A DNA stretch of 64,000 nucleotides from a virus (IMGVR_UViG_3300033571_015173:1-64000); one strand, 5' to 3'; counted from the first letter of the stretch, positions 9,896 through 19,425 are shown. Numbers and translations: made by a program. The notes: a model not told the origin generated them from the sequence alone.

Positions 9896-10912
9896 CTACT
9901 TTTGATTTAGATTTAATTCCAGTTGTTCAAATTCGGCTGGAGGTTTCCGATTCATCCTCTTACCCATCAAATACATTCCCGTACCAGCTACAGTTGTTGC
10001 AGCAATTGCAGAAAGAGGAACTTTGTAGCCAAGTAGTTGAACTTCTGGCTCATTATCTAGATTACTCCAAGTCCCCTTGATTACCCCTAAGCCGGATACT
10101 CCTTTAGTTATACCTGGAGTGACAGCTCCAAGTACACTTCCTATTGCTAAATTTTTGCCCAATGCTCCAACAGATCTCTTATTCTTAGTCATTGCGAGGC
10201 CAGTAATTGCACCTGCCCCTCCAGTGAAGATGGGATCTGCCTTTTCTAGCCCAAGAAACTCAGGATGACCCCAGCTTTGATACCTCTGATACTTGAGATA
10301 TTGCTCTGGTGAGACATCTGGTCTTTCCTGAGTGAATCTTTCATAGGGTAGCAACTTGTGTCGAGAGCCTAAGATCCAGCCAGCCAAGGGTTCAAGGACA
10401 GGCATTTTACTCTTGGTTGGATCTTCCGGGTCTGCGAAAACTGCACTATACCCTCGGGGTCTTCCAAGGGCATCCAGATTCCCCATGTCAAAGTTGCCCG
10501 AGGCCACATTCATCGCAGTAGCCAATCCAAACCCCATTGCAGCAGCAGGACCGGCATTAACCCTTGGACCCCCTGCAGCTTCATGAATAAATCCACTTTT
10601 CTTTGCGATGTTCTCGCCAATACTATAGGTGATCCCAAGAGGGTGATTGTATCGCCACCAGAACCCTCTAGTTTTCTCTCCGGCAATGTCACCTGCTAAC
10701 CTGCCTACGCCATATCCAATAGCTCCCGGAACTCCTCCCTCTTTCCAGTAGGGATCTGGAGCGGTTTCGGGTCGGCGCATCGCTTCAGCCATGTCCCTCT
10801 CTCTAGCGTCCTGCCAGAAGTGGAGGCGATGTTCAAATCTGCCTTTCACGGGAACAGCCGTTCGCCATCCTTTACGATACCCCCCTGCCAGATCCCCAAG
10901 TGACATAGCCAA
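9896..10912 (-). CDS. Gly-rich hypothetical protein, first gene of the minus-strand block
   Basis: 338-aa ORF; GRLAG variant. Confidence 0.65.
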   Translation of the reverse strand: MAMSLGDLAGGYRKGWRTAVPVKGRFEHRLHFWQDARERDMAEAMRRPETAPDPYWKEGGVPGAIGYGVGRLAGDIAGEKTRGFWWRYNHPLGITYSIGENIAKKSGFIHEAAGGPRVNAGPAAAMGFGLATAMNVASGNFDMGNLDALGRPRGYSAVFADPEDPTKSKMPVLEPLAGWILGSRHKLLPYERFTQERPDVSPEQYLKYQRYQSWGHPEFLGLEKADPIFTGGAGAITGLAMTKNKRSVGALGKNLAIGSVLGAVTPGITKGVSGLGVIKGTWSNLDNEPEVQLLGYKVPLSAIAATTVAGTGMYLMGKRMNRKPPAEFEQLELNLNQK

Positions 10913-10935
10913 CCTGCAGAATTATTGATCTCTCC

Positions 10936-10960
10936 TAGCATTCTACATCGAGTGCTAAAA
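10936..10960. promoter_or_regulatory. Divergent sigma70-type -10 boxes (extended TGCTAAAAT on +, TAGAAT on -)
   Basis: Between divergent genes; similar TGnTAnAAT at about 14283, 50080 and 52462. Confidence 0.4.
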
Positions 10961-10987
10961 TAAATTATTGACTTTCTCCAGGTATTT

Positions 10988-11749
10988 ATGAGTTTTCAAT
11001 ACGGAAATGAAACTCCAGATCCAAGGACTATGAGTAGGGAGTTCATGATTCAGAATGGTTTGTTGCAAGAAGATGAGTGGGATGTAGTTCGAGCATCACA
11101 AGAAGATTTGAATGTTAACAATGGGATGAAGGAGGTGTTAGAGCAACTTCAGATGATGCAACAAAGTATGCAACACCTGAAACTGCAAAACGCTGATTTA
11201 GAAAAGCAATTAAAAGTACCAGCTCAAGAAGTAAAGGCTTCAGAAGTAGCAACCTGGAATGCTGTACCAATGGAGCCCCCAAGTTTATACCAGGAAGTAC
11301 CACAGCAGAAAAGAGTAGTAGAGGCGAATCCCAAGCAAGAAGCTTTCTTGGCTACGATATATCTTGCAGAGTTAGAGCTAAGTACGATGTTAGCTGCACT
11401 TTACTGCTTTAGTAGTATTCCTCAAAAGCAGACTGGATTGCGAGAAGTCTTCAGCAATATTGAGGGGGAATCAAGAGACGCTTATCTGAGAATTTGCAAA
11501 TTTCTGGTAGCCTCTCAAAATAAGCATGGTATTCCACTTTCGATTAATGTTCAGGCTCTTGATAATTCACCCACTGGTGAAGCCAAGACAGAAGCAAAAA
11601 TCGAGTATATGGTCAATTTTTTGGAAGAATTGGGGACTCGCTATAGATGGCTTCTAAGCACTGGCCTTCTACAGCCAATGTGGATCGAAAGAAGGTTGAT
11701 TGAGATCGAGGAGAATAAACTTAACTTCGTACTTGAGTTAGAAGATTAG
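10988..11749 (+). CDS. Coiled-coil protein with degenerate ferritin-like C-terminal helices
   Basis: LATIYLAELELSTMLAAL...GLREVFSNIEGESRDAYLRICKFL resembles ferritin helices A/B. Confidence 0.45.
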   Translation: MSFQYGNETPDPRTMSREFMIQNGLLQEDEWDVVRASQEDLNVNNGMKEVLEQLQMMQQSMQHLKLQNADLEKQLKVPAQEVKASEVATWNAVPMEPPSLYQEVPQQKRVVEANPKQEAFLATIYLAELELSTMLAALYCFSSIPQKQTGLREVFSNIEGESRDAYLRICKFLVASQNKHGIPLSINVQALDNSPTGEAKTEAKIEYMVNFLEELGTRYRWLLSTGLLQPMWIERRLIEIEENKLNFVLELED

Positions 11750-11783
11750 GTTAGATTTCGATCATGTTACGCTAAAATAAGAT

Positions 11784-11834
11784 GGTGATGAGTTATTGAT
11801 ACCTGGATTGATAACTCATCACTTTGTTTTTTGT
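11784..11834 (+). terminator. Intrinsic terminator
   Basis: GTGATGAGTTAT...ATAACTCATCAC stem followed by T-rich tract. Confidence 0.6.
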
Positions 11835-11860
11835 TCTTTTGTTCATCTCATTCCTAATCA

Positions 11861-12352
11861 ATGGAAGACAATACGACAATTGTTTCAACGTTTCTATTTA
11901 TTGTAAGACAAGACCGGACCTTTGTAGAGAAGATTGAAGCCGTGGATGTGGTTGAAGCTTCATTAGCTCTAGCCACCCTTGTAAGGCTGGCGAATAAGAA
12001 ATCAAGAAGAAAGATCTTAACTAGCTTTGAAGACTTGGAGATAGGCAGCCCATTTATGGAAGTCCAGTATAAACTTCCATTCTTTATTTGCAAGGCTAAA
12101 CCAAGTGTGTTCGTAAAGATTAGCGAATACAACAAGACCAATCTACTTGGGGAGAGAGCTATTGTTCCCTTAAATAGAGAAGTGTTAGCTTTTGACGATG
12201 AAGAGATCTTTGAGCTTGGCTCTATAATTAAGGAACTGTCAACCAAGGGAATCTTAGCTAGCCTCTTTTGTCCCCTGGATGAAGAGATGCTTGCAAAGTT
12301 GTTTGGTAAGCTGATTGGACTACTACGACTACCACCAGAGGAAAGACTATGA
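11861..12352 (+). CDS. Hypothetical protein
   Basis: 163-aa ORF, ATGA overlap with dps. Confidence 0.6.
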   Translation: MEDNTTIVSTFLFIVRQDRTFVEKIEAVDVVEASLALATLVRLANKKSRRKILTSFEDLEIGSPFMEVQYKLPFFICKAKPSVFVKISEYNKTNLLGERAIVPLNREVLAFDDEEIFELGSIIKELSTKGILASLFCPLDEEMLAKLFGKLIGLLRLPPEERL

Positions 12353-12894
12353 GATCTGGGTATCAACCTGCAGCTCCCTACGTTCAAAAGCAGAAAGAAG
12401 ATCATGCTAGTGGTGAACATGGCGATTGTGCCGTAGCACTAAGCCAGTTACTTAGCAGCACAATTGTAATGACGTATCAAGTTAAGGGTTTCCACTGGAA
12501 CTCACGGGATGAATCCTTCTATGAGCTCCATAAGTTCTTCCAAAAGAACTATGAAGCTATGGATGCAGCAATTGATGAGATTGCCGAAAGGATTGCACAG
12601 ATGAACTATATCGTGCCAACTACCTTCACTCATCACCTTGAGAAGACTCTAATTAAGGAAGTCCCTACCTCAATTGATGGGAGACAGAATCTTAGAATAC
12701 TTGAGCAGTGGCATACAATCTTGGAACATGTCTGCAATGAAAACTTTCAGAAAGCAGAACAAGTCCATGATTATGGATCTCAAGATATTTTCTTGCAGCA
12801 AATGAAGTTCCACGCTAAGTATGGATGGCTAACTAGAAGATTTTTTGCCCCTCCGAAAGAAGTTGTCCCAGACAAAAATCCAAAGTACACTTAA
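12349..12894 (+). CDS. dps: Dps family ferritin-like protein
   Basis: FHWN...FYELHKFF...IDEIAERI ferroxidase signature. Confidence 0.9.
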   Translation: MRSGYQPAAPYVQKQKEDHASGEHGDCAVALSQLLSSTIVMTYQVKGFHWNSRDESFYELHKFFQKNYEAMDAAIDEIAERIAQMNYIVPTTFTHHLEKTLIKEVPTSIDGRQNLRILEQWHTILEHVCNENFQKAEQVHDYGSQDIFLQQMKFHAKYGWLTRRFFAPPKEVVPDKNPKYT

Positions 12895-12925
12895 CCCAGT
12901 AGTAATTCCAGTGAGGTACTAACCT

Positions 12926-13333
12926 ATGGAGCCTGAAATTAATACTGATCCAGCTAATAAAGGGTCAGAACAGGGAATGCAACTCTCAGTACGAGTTATC
13001 AGTCAGGCTGGGATTGTAATTTATCAAGTGGAACAGACAGGAGAGTTCTTAACTCCACTAGATACCTATAGTCAGCTGACCGCAATCCCAACCGCTAACT
13101 TACAAGCAAGACTCAATCAGACTGTGCCTCCAGGAGAAGTAGCTCTAGTTGGAGAGAATCAAATCTTAGAGTGGCTGAAGATTGATCGGCCTGAGATCTT
13201 CGAGGACTTACCCAAGGTTGGTTATCGAGCTAGCGTTCTCGCCATGATGGAACAGCGCATGAAAGCTTCTCCGATCATTATCCCTGGAGTACAACAGCCA
13301 CCTGGTCTAATGACAGAACATCGTCTACAATAG
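12926..13333 (+). CDS. Hypothetical protein
   Basis: GAGG RBS, 135 aa. Confidence 0.6.
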   Translation: MEPEINTDPANKGSEQGMQLSVRVISQAGIVIYQVEQTGEFLTPLDTYSQLTAIPTANLQARLNQTVPPGEVALVGENQILEWLKIDRPEIFEDLPKVGYRASVLAMMEQRMKASPIIIPGVQQPPGLMTEHRLQ

Positions 13334-13379
13334 CCCCAGTTTAGTTCGCGAGCTAAACATCATCGGAACAGGACACTAG

Positions 13380-13407
13380 AGAACCTTCTTCGGAGGGTTC
13401 TTTTTTT
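13380..13407 (+). terminator. Intrinsic terminator
   Basis: AGAACCTTC-TTCG-GAGGGTTCT followed by T-run. Confidence 0.85.
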
Positions 13408-13860
13408 GTCTGCAATACTCTCACCTTAGACCTTTTTGTGCCCCATTACACAGAATGTACACGATCCAAAGATCAGTAAGCATGTACTAAGTCATCACAG
13501 TCACTGCACTGCAATGACTTCAGACTTATTTAGTAACCATATAGATTAAACCCTATGAATATCATAGAGCCTACTTTATGTACTGGGGTTAGAGCTTTTA
13601 CAAAGTCTGATGTCCCCACCACCGACGACCTGGGCATGATCCACTTTTTGATCCGTTTGATCTAGGTAATTATACTTAAAGTCTCATCAACGAGACGGGA
13701 ATTATCTACTAAATATTTGTGGCTCTTAACATAGCTGTTACAATTCAGCCCAAAACGTCATTATCCTTCCTGGAAAGAGGCTCAAATAAGGTTTACACTT
13801 AACATGTTCCCTTGTCAAGATGCTGATATACAAGGGTTGTATGGACTTATCCTGAGTGCG

Positions 13861-14255
13861 TTTTGATTTTGCACCCTGAAACCCTTATGCTGCAATGACT
13901 TTTTGACTTGTTATGACTTTCTAACTCATAACAAAGTATCGAGCTTCATTCCTAACCTGAGTAAATAAGAAATAATCTATGAGACTATTCAGTATCATAG
14001 ATTGAAGTCTATACAATAGAGTGCTCTCTATGCAAATCGAAAAAAGTCATGACATCTTTTATACGCGAGGGTAAGAAAATCAAATGAGTCCAGGGTTCTA
14101 TAAGGACTTGAAAAGTCATGACAAGTCAAACAGTCACAGCGTGGCAAGGGTTTCAGCCCGTAAAATCAAAACAGCCTCACGACATTCTCAACACAAGTCA
14201 TGACAAAACCTTGAACCCCCTGCACGGTAAAGATTTCAGCCATCAAAATCAAAAA
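13861..14255. repeat. Origin-like element: 60-bp imperfect inverted repeats (13861-13920 / 14112-14171) with TGACTT/GTCATGAC iterons
   Basis: Arms compared directly; third partial copy about 14195-14255; non-coding. Confidence 0.65.
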
Positions 14256-14333
14256 TGGATGGTATAGATCCTTGAATTTGTTGCTACAATTGAATTGTAG
14301 GCTGCAAACAACAAATTTAACCAGGGGTAAAAC

Positions 14334-14816
14334 ATGAGACTTCGCCTTTCAGTTCAAATGATGCGTGACATTGAAGAGCATTATGCTCAAACTCACAACA
14401 GAAAGTGGATCGCTAGTCAGGTAGGGTGCAGTGTTGCTACTGTTGTTAAGCATTTAACAAAAGTAGGATTACTTCCAGACGAGAGAACAAAAAGAGCTAT
14501 ACAGGCAAGATCGTTAGGACTTGCCAGGAGAGATCTTATACCGGACGATTGCGAGTTCCAAGATAGATCAAATAGATCTTCAGGTTGTCGCGTTACTGAA
14601 GAACATTTATATAAAATAAGAGCGTTGTATGTAGAAGGATTTACATTAACAGAGATTGCAGCAATCTCTGGTTTTAATTATGGTACTGTAGCTGTCCATA
14701 TAAGAAATACACCACTTGCTGCATTTGAAAGAATTGTTCAAGAAAGAGGGGTTAATTACTTGCCAAGAAAATACGATGGAATAGTAAGTGAACCAAAGAA
14801 GAAGCTGGACTACTAA
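14334..14816 (+). CDS. Double-HTH DNA-binding protein
   Basis: IASQVGCSVATVVKHL and TLTEIAAISGFNYGTVAVHI. Confidence 0.7.
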   Translation: MRLRLSVQMMRDIEEHYAQTHNRKWIASQVGCSVATVVKHLTKVGLLPDERTKRAIQARSLGLARRDLIPDDCEFQDRSNRSSGCRVTEEHLYKIRALYVEGFTLTEIAAISGFNYGTVAVHIRNTPLAAFERIVQERGVNYLPRKYDGIVSEPKKKLDY

Positions 14817-14907
14817 CTCCCACATCCCCATCGATAAACCGTAGTTTCCACCTGTACAAAATCCTCTTCTGCGAAATGTTATCCTTGGGTCAGAGTGGAG
14901 CCTAATT

Positions 14908-15294
14908 ATGTACTGGCCAATTAAGTTACAACAGCTTGATCAAGTATTGCTTGAACTTAAGAAGGTCCAACAGTCTTTAGGTGCTATGCAGGCTGCTATT
15001 GCAAACCTATCTGGAGATCAAAAAATCATGGCTGGTGAACTAGAAAAGGTATTGGCTGCGGTTAGCGAGTTACAAGCCACTGTCCTGGATAAGGTTGTGG
15101 ATGAACTGGAAGAGATCAAGGTTCTGATTCAAGCTCCCACCTTTGATGTCGCTGCTGCGGTTGCAAAGATCGAGGAAGTCAAAGTCTCCCTGGCTGCAGA
15201 AATCAGTGGTATGAGTGATAAGTTAGCTCCTGCCCCTATTCCTGCCCCTCCTGAGCCCGAAGTACCCGCTGATCCAGCACCTCCCATCGACTAG
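14908..15294 (+). CDS. Coiled-coil protein with Pro-rich tail
   Basis: GGAG RBS; heptad pattern; alternative start near 15028. Confidence 0.55.
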   Translation: MYWPIKLQQLDQVLLELKKVQQSLGAMQAAIANLSGDQKIMAGELEKVLAAVSELQATVLDKVVDELEEIKVLIQAPTFDVAAAVAKIEEVKVSLAAEISGMSDKLAPAPIPAPPEPEVPADPAPPID

Positions 15295-15641
15295 TACTAC
15301 AATTAAGAAGATCAAACAAGCAGATGTACCCCTTTGGCTCTCCTCCCAGAGGGGTTTCTTCTGTCAAGTCATTCCCTCAAAGTCCCACTCCTCTAAGTCA
15401 TTCTCTCAAAGCCTCTTCCCTTCACCGGATCAGTCCCTTTCTCCCCACCTCATACGCCGACGACTGCTCAAGAGTGGTCCGAGCCCATCCGGGCAGCATC
15501 CAACCCTGTCTCCACCCCCTCAACAGAGGTCAATACAGCCTTGCCAGGGCTCAACAGAGGTCAATCTGAGCCTGCTAGGACTCAAAAGTGATGCAAACCC
15601 CTTACATACCCCTCTAATTAAGAATTTTTCCCAAAAAGACA

Positions 15642-15893
15642 CGTTCGCGAGGCTGGAAAGCGTTGCGGGGACGGGTTTTCAGGGTTCTGTGCAGAATTTT
15701 GGCTCTTTTCGTTAGATCATTCATTGCAAAGTAGTACTTTTGTTCTGCCATTCACTGCAAAGTAGCTCCACTGCTCTATTTTCATTGCAAAGTAGTACTT
15801 TTGTTCTATCCTTCCCTGCAATCGGCTGCGCCTTCCCTGCAAAGTAGGCGTTCGCGAGGCTGGAAAGCGTTGCTGGGAGCGGGTTTCAGGGTT
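15642..15893. repeat. Two ~45-bp direct repeats enclosing five TTCa/cYTGCAA(AGTAG) iterons
   Basis: CGTTCGCGAGGCTGGAAAGCGTTGC at 15642 and 15849; iterons at about 15720, 15751, 15781, 15812, 15833. Confidence 0.75.
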
Positions 15894-16249
15894 TCGTGTC
15901 TAAAAATGACCGTAAGTAACGTCATTCTTCGGGCTTGAGTAGGGCTAAAGTGATGTCTTTATTGATTTCAAAGGTGATTGCTACTTTGATTTCTTACTCA
16001 AGTCTTCAGTGATGCATACTCCGTATGCGATCGATGAGTACAGAGGTACTATTTCTTCTGCAGAAAGAATAGAACTTCTCGGGCTGGCCTTCATTTTCAA
16101 AATTTTTGGGAGGAGGGGTTTGCCTGGAATGATCTTACTTGTGAGACAACTTCAAACCTGGATTAGAGCTGGAGAAAGTATTGGTGAGTCGCTCGCCTAT
16201 GCTCGCTTATACCTCCCGACAAAAAGAAAAACCCCGCGTGAGGACGAAC

Positions 16250-16560
16250 CCGACCCGTGGGCCAGTACCTTCGGTCACAAGAGGAGGGGTAGGGGGGAGG
16301 ACTCGGAACCCTGGACCACCCGGACCACCCGGACCACCCGGACCACCGGACCACCCGGATCCGATCCAATCTCCCCATCAGACTCGAAGTCTTGATCCGA
16401 ACCATCGGGCCACTACCTTCGGTCTATAGATAATCATCGGGGGGCTGCACCTTAGTAACCGTCATCATTGCGGGATCGCAGTGAGCCATAGGTTACACCA
16501 TTCCAGCCTCCCTCATCTGACTCGAAGTCTTGATCCGATCCACGGGTCATTACCTTCGGT
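16250..16560 (+). promoter_or_regulatory. Three tandem copies of the CCGATCC-N9-TA(A/C)CTTCG motif at the head of the early-like region
   Basis: Copies at 16250, 16397 and 16535; the last two share about 50 bp of context. Confidence 0.6.
16313..16356 (+). repeat. 9-bp tandem repeat GGACCACCC x5 (one copy 8 bp)
   Basis: Direct reading. Confidence 0.85.
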
Positions 16561-16609
16561 CTTTAGGTTACGTGTTACGACTCACCACTCACTCAAGGAG
16601 ACCACGGCC

Positions 16610-16933
16610 ATGTCTACCACCACCACCTCGATCTTTCAAACCAACAGCCGGATCGACGGTTTGCTGCCGAATAGTGGACTAGTCTTACTAGTTCATACCG
16701 AAGCTGGCCCTCGCCTTATTGTTCACACCTCGCGTGTGAATCGGTTACTTGCCCTCATCCGGGAGACCTTCCCTGGTTGCCGTTACCAGTGTGTTGACCC
16801 GGAACATGGTAGCCGGAGGATCAATCCGGGCCATGCCAGTTTTAGGTTGACTGGTGACGGTGACCTCGATGCTTTCGAGGATTACCTAGCCAATCTCTCT
16901 GGCAAGGGAGGAATCTGGGTCTACTCTATCTAG
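16610..16933 (+). CDS. Hypothetical early protein
   Basis: AAGGAG RBS before ATG 16610. Confidence 0.65.
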   Translation: MSTTTTSIFQTNSRIDGLLPNSGLVLLVHTEAGPRLIVHTSRVNRLLALIRETFPGCRYQCVDPEHGSRRINPGHASFRLTGDGDLDAFEDYLANLSGKGGIWVYSI

Positions 16934-17038
16934 TACCCAGTCCTTTACTGGCGACTTCCGAGGTTACTAAGGAAGTCTAGTCCTACGCTGAGGCTCACAT
17001 CCTATTAGTGGAATAGGCACCCCTCCTATTTTGCGAGT

Positions 17039-17101
17039 CAGGATTTCTGGTGAGCCTCCGCCTTCGTTCGCATACAGGATTTCTGGTGAGCCTCCGCCTT
17101 C
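17039..17101 (+). repeat. 27-bp direct repeat CAGGATTTCTGGTGAGCCTCCGCCTTC x2, 36-bp period
   Basis: Direct reading. Confidence 0.8.
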
Positions 17102-17439
17102 CTTCGCAACATTAGATTTCCTTTGCCTTCTTTCGCAGCATCAGACTTGAAATGGTGCATCACTTCATCTGTCTATCGCTTTATAGCGATGGATGGATTT
17201 AGCGATTCATCGATTTACCTATAAAGTCATTGAGATTGTCTTATATGCGGAATTCGCATAACCTAATGCGGAATCAGCATGAGCACCTTTGCGAAGTCTG
17301 ATTTTTCTCTCGGACCCCTTTAAGTGAGCCCGTCGTTGAGGACGTGGGGATTAAGTGATCGCTGATATGGAAGACCTTTTACTAGCTTCTGGCTATCTAA
17401 AGGGTGAACTTCCTTACCACGCCCTTTCAAGGAGAACAC

Positions 17440-17670
17440 ATGTCTTCCAAGCAAGTCTTTACGTTGTCTTCGCTGGTAATCGCCTTCCTGACTCTGGTGA
17501 GTATCTTACTTGCCTTAAACCCCGTCGCACGGGGAGTAATTGCGCTCCCTGGATATGAACATGCGGTCTACTTGTGCGGCGAGTCACTCGTGGTAAATGC
17601 TGGTCATGAGAGTGATCCGCAAATCCGTGAGTTAATTCAGCTTGCACATACTGAGTGTGCCAAGTACTAG
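17440..17670 (+). CDS. Small membrane/secreted protein
   Basis: AAGGAG RBS; hydrophobic N-terminus. Confidence 0.6.
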   Translation: MSSKQVFTLSSLVIAFLTLVSILLALNPVARGVIALPGYEHAVYLCGESLVVNAGHESDPQIRELIQLAHTECAKY

Positions 17671-17751
17671 AGTTTCCTCTCTACCAGCCCTGGTTTGTAT
17701 CATGGCTGGCTACAGGGTAAATTCTTTTTCACACCCTGCTCAAGGAGAATC

Positions 17752-17985
17752 ATGTCTTTACTTTTGAATAGCCTGGTTGCTGAAGGTTGTGCAGCTTACT
17801 ACACAGCGAAGCCATGTCCGTATTCCCACCGTTCAATCGAACGGGAACTATGGAAGCGAGGTTTCGAGCTTGCAGGTCAGGCTTCAATCGCCTCTCGCTG
17901 TGTGGATATTATCTGCGACTCTGTGAAGCAGCTTGAGTATGAGATGACCGATGGAGATGTCGTTGAACTCGACATCCTCTTTTAG
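17752..17985 (+). CDS. Hypothetical protein
   Basis: AAGGAG RBS; CPY...W..GF pattern. Confidence 0.6.
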   Translation: MSLLLNSLVAEGCAAYYTAKPCPYSHRSIERELWKRGFELAGQASIASRCVDIICDSVKQLEYEMTDGDVVELDILF

Positions 17986-18158
17986 CTTCTTAATCTGGCT
18001 CTCGGACCACTTAGAGATCCTGCCGTCTGTTGAGGGCGTGAGGATCCGATCCGGGGGCCAGTAACTTCGTTCGCAATATCAGGTGTAGGAGAACTCTCTA
18101 CTAGCTTCTGGCTATCTAGAGGGTGAACTTCTTTATCACACCCTTTCAAGGAGAACAC

Positions 18159-18437
18159 ATGTCTACTATCACTTCCTTTGCTGGTCATTATTACAGCACC
18201 TTGTTTCAGCTATATGGAACATGGGAGTTCTGGGCAATGCAAATCCCTTTCTTCGTCTTAACCGTGCTTTGCACCGTTAAGTTTTGCGAGGGAGTAAGAG
18301 ATCTGGTGGATTCTTATCACTCCTCCGAGCTGATCGCTTACTACAAAGCGAGAGCCCGCTTCCGGTACAAAGTCCTTTTGTCGGTGAACCTTCTTTACCT
18401 GCTCTTCGGGGTCTTGTACGTGTTTAACCACATGTAG
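18159..18437 (+). CDS. Two-TM membrane protein
   Basis: AAGGAG RBS; two hydrophobic segments. Confidence 0.6.
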   Translation: MSTITSFAGHYYSTLFQLYGTWEFWAMQIPFFVLTVLCTVKFCEGVRDLVDSYHSSELIAYYKARARFRYKVLLSVNLLYLLFGVLYVFNHM

Positions 18438-18515
18438 CCCCCGTTAGTCCCTCTCTACCAGCCTTCGGGCTGGCTACAGGGTGACTTTCTTTATCACACT
18501 CTGCAAGGAGCAATC

Positions 18516-18863
18516 ATGTATTTCTATCAAACACCTGAATATCATCGGGCAATTGTAGATGTTGAAGATACAGACATTTTGAAATCGCTGCGTTACGTCC
18601 GTCAAAGTGGAGAACGGCTAATTTATCGGGTGAGATTCCCGAACCAGCCGTGTCAGTACGAAGACGAGTTGATCTTGACTCTCGACAGGGAGATGCGTCT
18701 CTCTGTTCGGGACATCCGTACTTGGGCGGATGACGGCCAGATTGAGACGAAGATTGTGTCAGTTGAGAAATTGACTCGCAACCTCCCCTATATGGGGAGC
18801 TATGACAAAGCGATTTCGTTGCGATTCCTTGCCTGTGCGCAAGGTTTCGTTGAAGCGGAGTAG
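18516..18863 (+). CDS. Hypothetical protein
   Basis: AAGGAG RBS. Confidence 0.65.
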   Translation: MYFYQTPEYHRAIVDVEDTDILKSLRYVRQSGERLIYRVRFPNQPCQYEDELILTLDREMRLSVRDIRTWADDGQIETKIVSVEKLTRNLPYMGSYDKAISLRFLACAQGFVEAE

Positions 18864-18879
18864 TTTGATCTCTCAGGCT

Positions 18880-18947
18880 GGGCTTAGTCTAGACTGACTC
18901 TGTATGTGAGTCTAGGCTGATGTGGGTTCGACTCCCACACTGAGTCT
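18880..18947 (+). ncRNA. tRNA-like element (perfect T-arm plus acceptor-like stem, no D-arm)
   Basis: TGTGGG-TTCGACT-CCCACA at 18921-18939. Confidence 0.4.
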
Positions 18948-18971
18948 TGTTTAGTGTTTTGGAGGAAGTTA

Positions 18972-19352
18972 ATGAAGGGCTTTGCTTACGAGCAAGCCTG
19001 CATCGAAGTGCTAATCAAGGCTGGGTTTAAGCCAGTCTCGATTACATCCCAGCAACGGGCTCGACTGGTTTCGCAGTTTGAGCCTAAGTTCAAGAAGGTC
19101 GCCAGTGAAGGTGGTCTTCTTGTCCAGGATCTGTCTGATAGGGACATCCTGGATTATGCTGGGGTCGATTTCGTGGCCACATACAGGGGTTGGCCAATTG
19201 GAATCGACTTCACTTTGAAGTCTGACACTGCTTCAAAGGAGAGATGCGGGAAGCTCATCAAGAAGTGTCTGAGTCTTGACTTCTTTGTTGTCTATAACGG
19301 AGATGTTCAAGATGTCGTTAAGGGCGTTCGCAAGGCTATGGGCTTGCCCTAG
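18972..19352 (+). CDS. Putative PD-(D/E)XK nuclease-fold protein
   Basis: GGAGG RBS; E...GVDF...IGIDFTLK. Confidence 0.45.
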   Translation: MKGFAYEQACIEVLIKAGFKPVSITSQQRARLVSQFEPKFKKVASEGGLLVQDLSDRDILDYAGVDFVATYRGWPIGIDFTLKSDTASKERCGKLIKKCLSLDFFVVYNGDVQDVVKGVRKAMGLP

Positions 19353-19425
19353 TCTGTGTTCGTCCTGGGGGCTCCCTCTCGATCCTGGAGTCCCCGAATT
19401 GCGTGTCGTTAGTTTAGAGGTCTTT

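Noticed and set aside
15720-15848. Mini-CRISPR
   Set aside because: Repeats of about 15 bp with about 15-bp intervals, two intervals nearly identical; too short and iteron-like.
16181-16429. Collagen-like GPP protein (and the alternative-frame ORF 16009-16395)
   Set aside because: Produced by the GGACCACCC microsatellite; no good RBS and it overlaps regulatory motifs.
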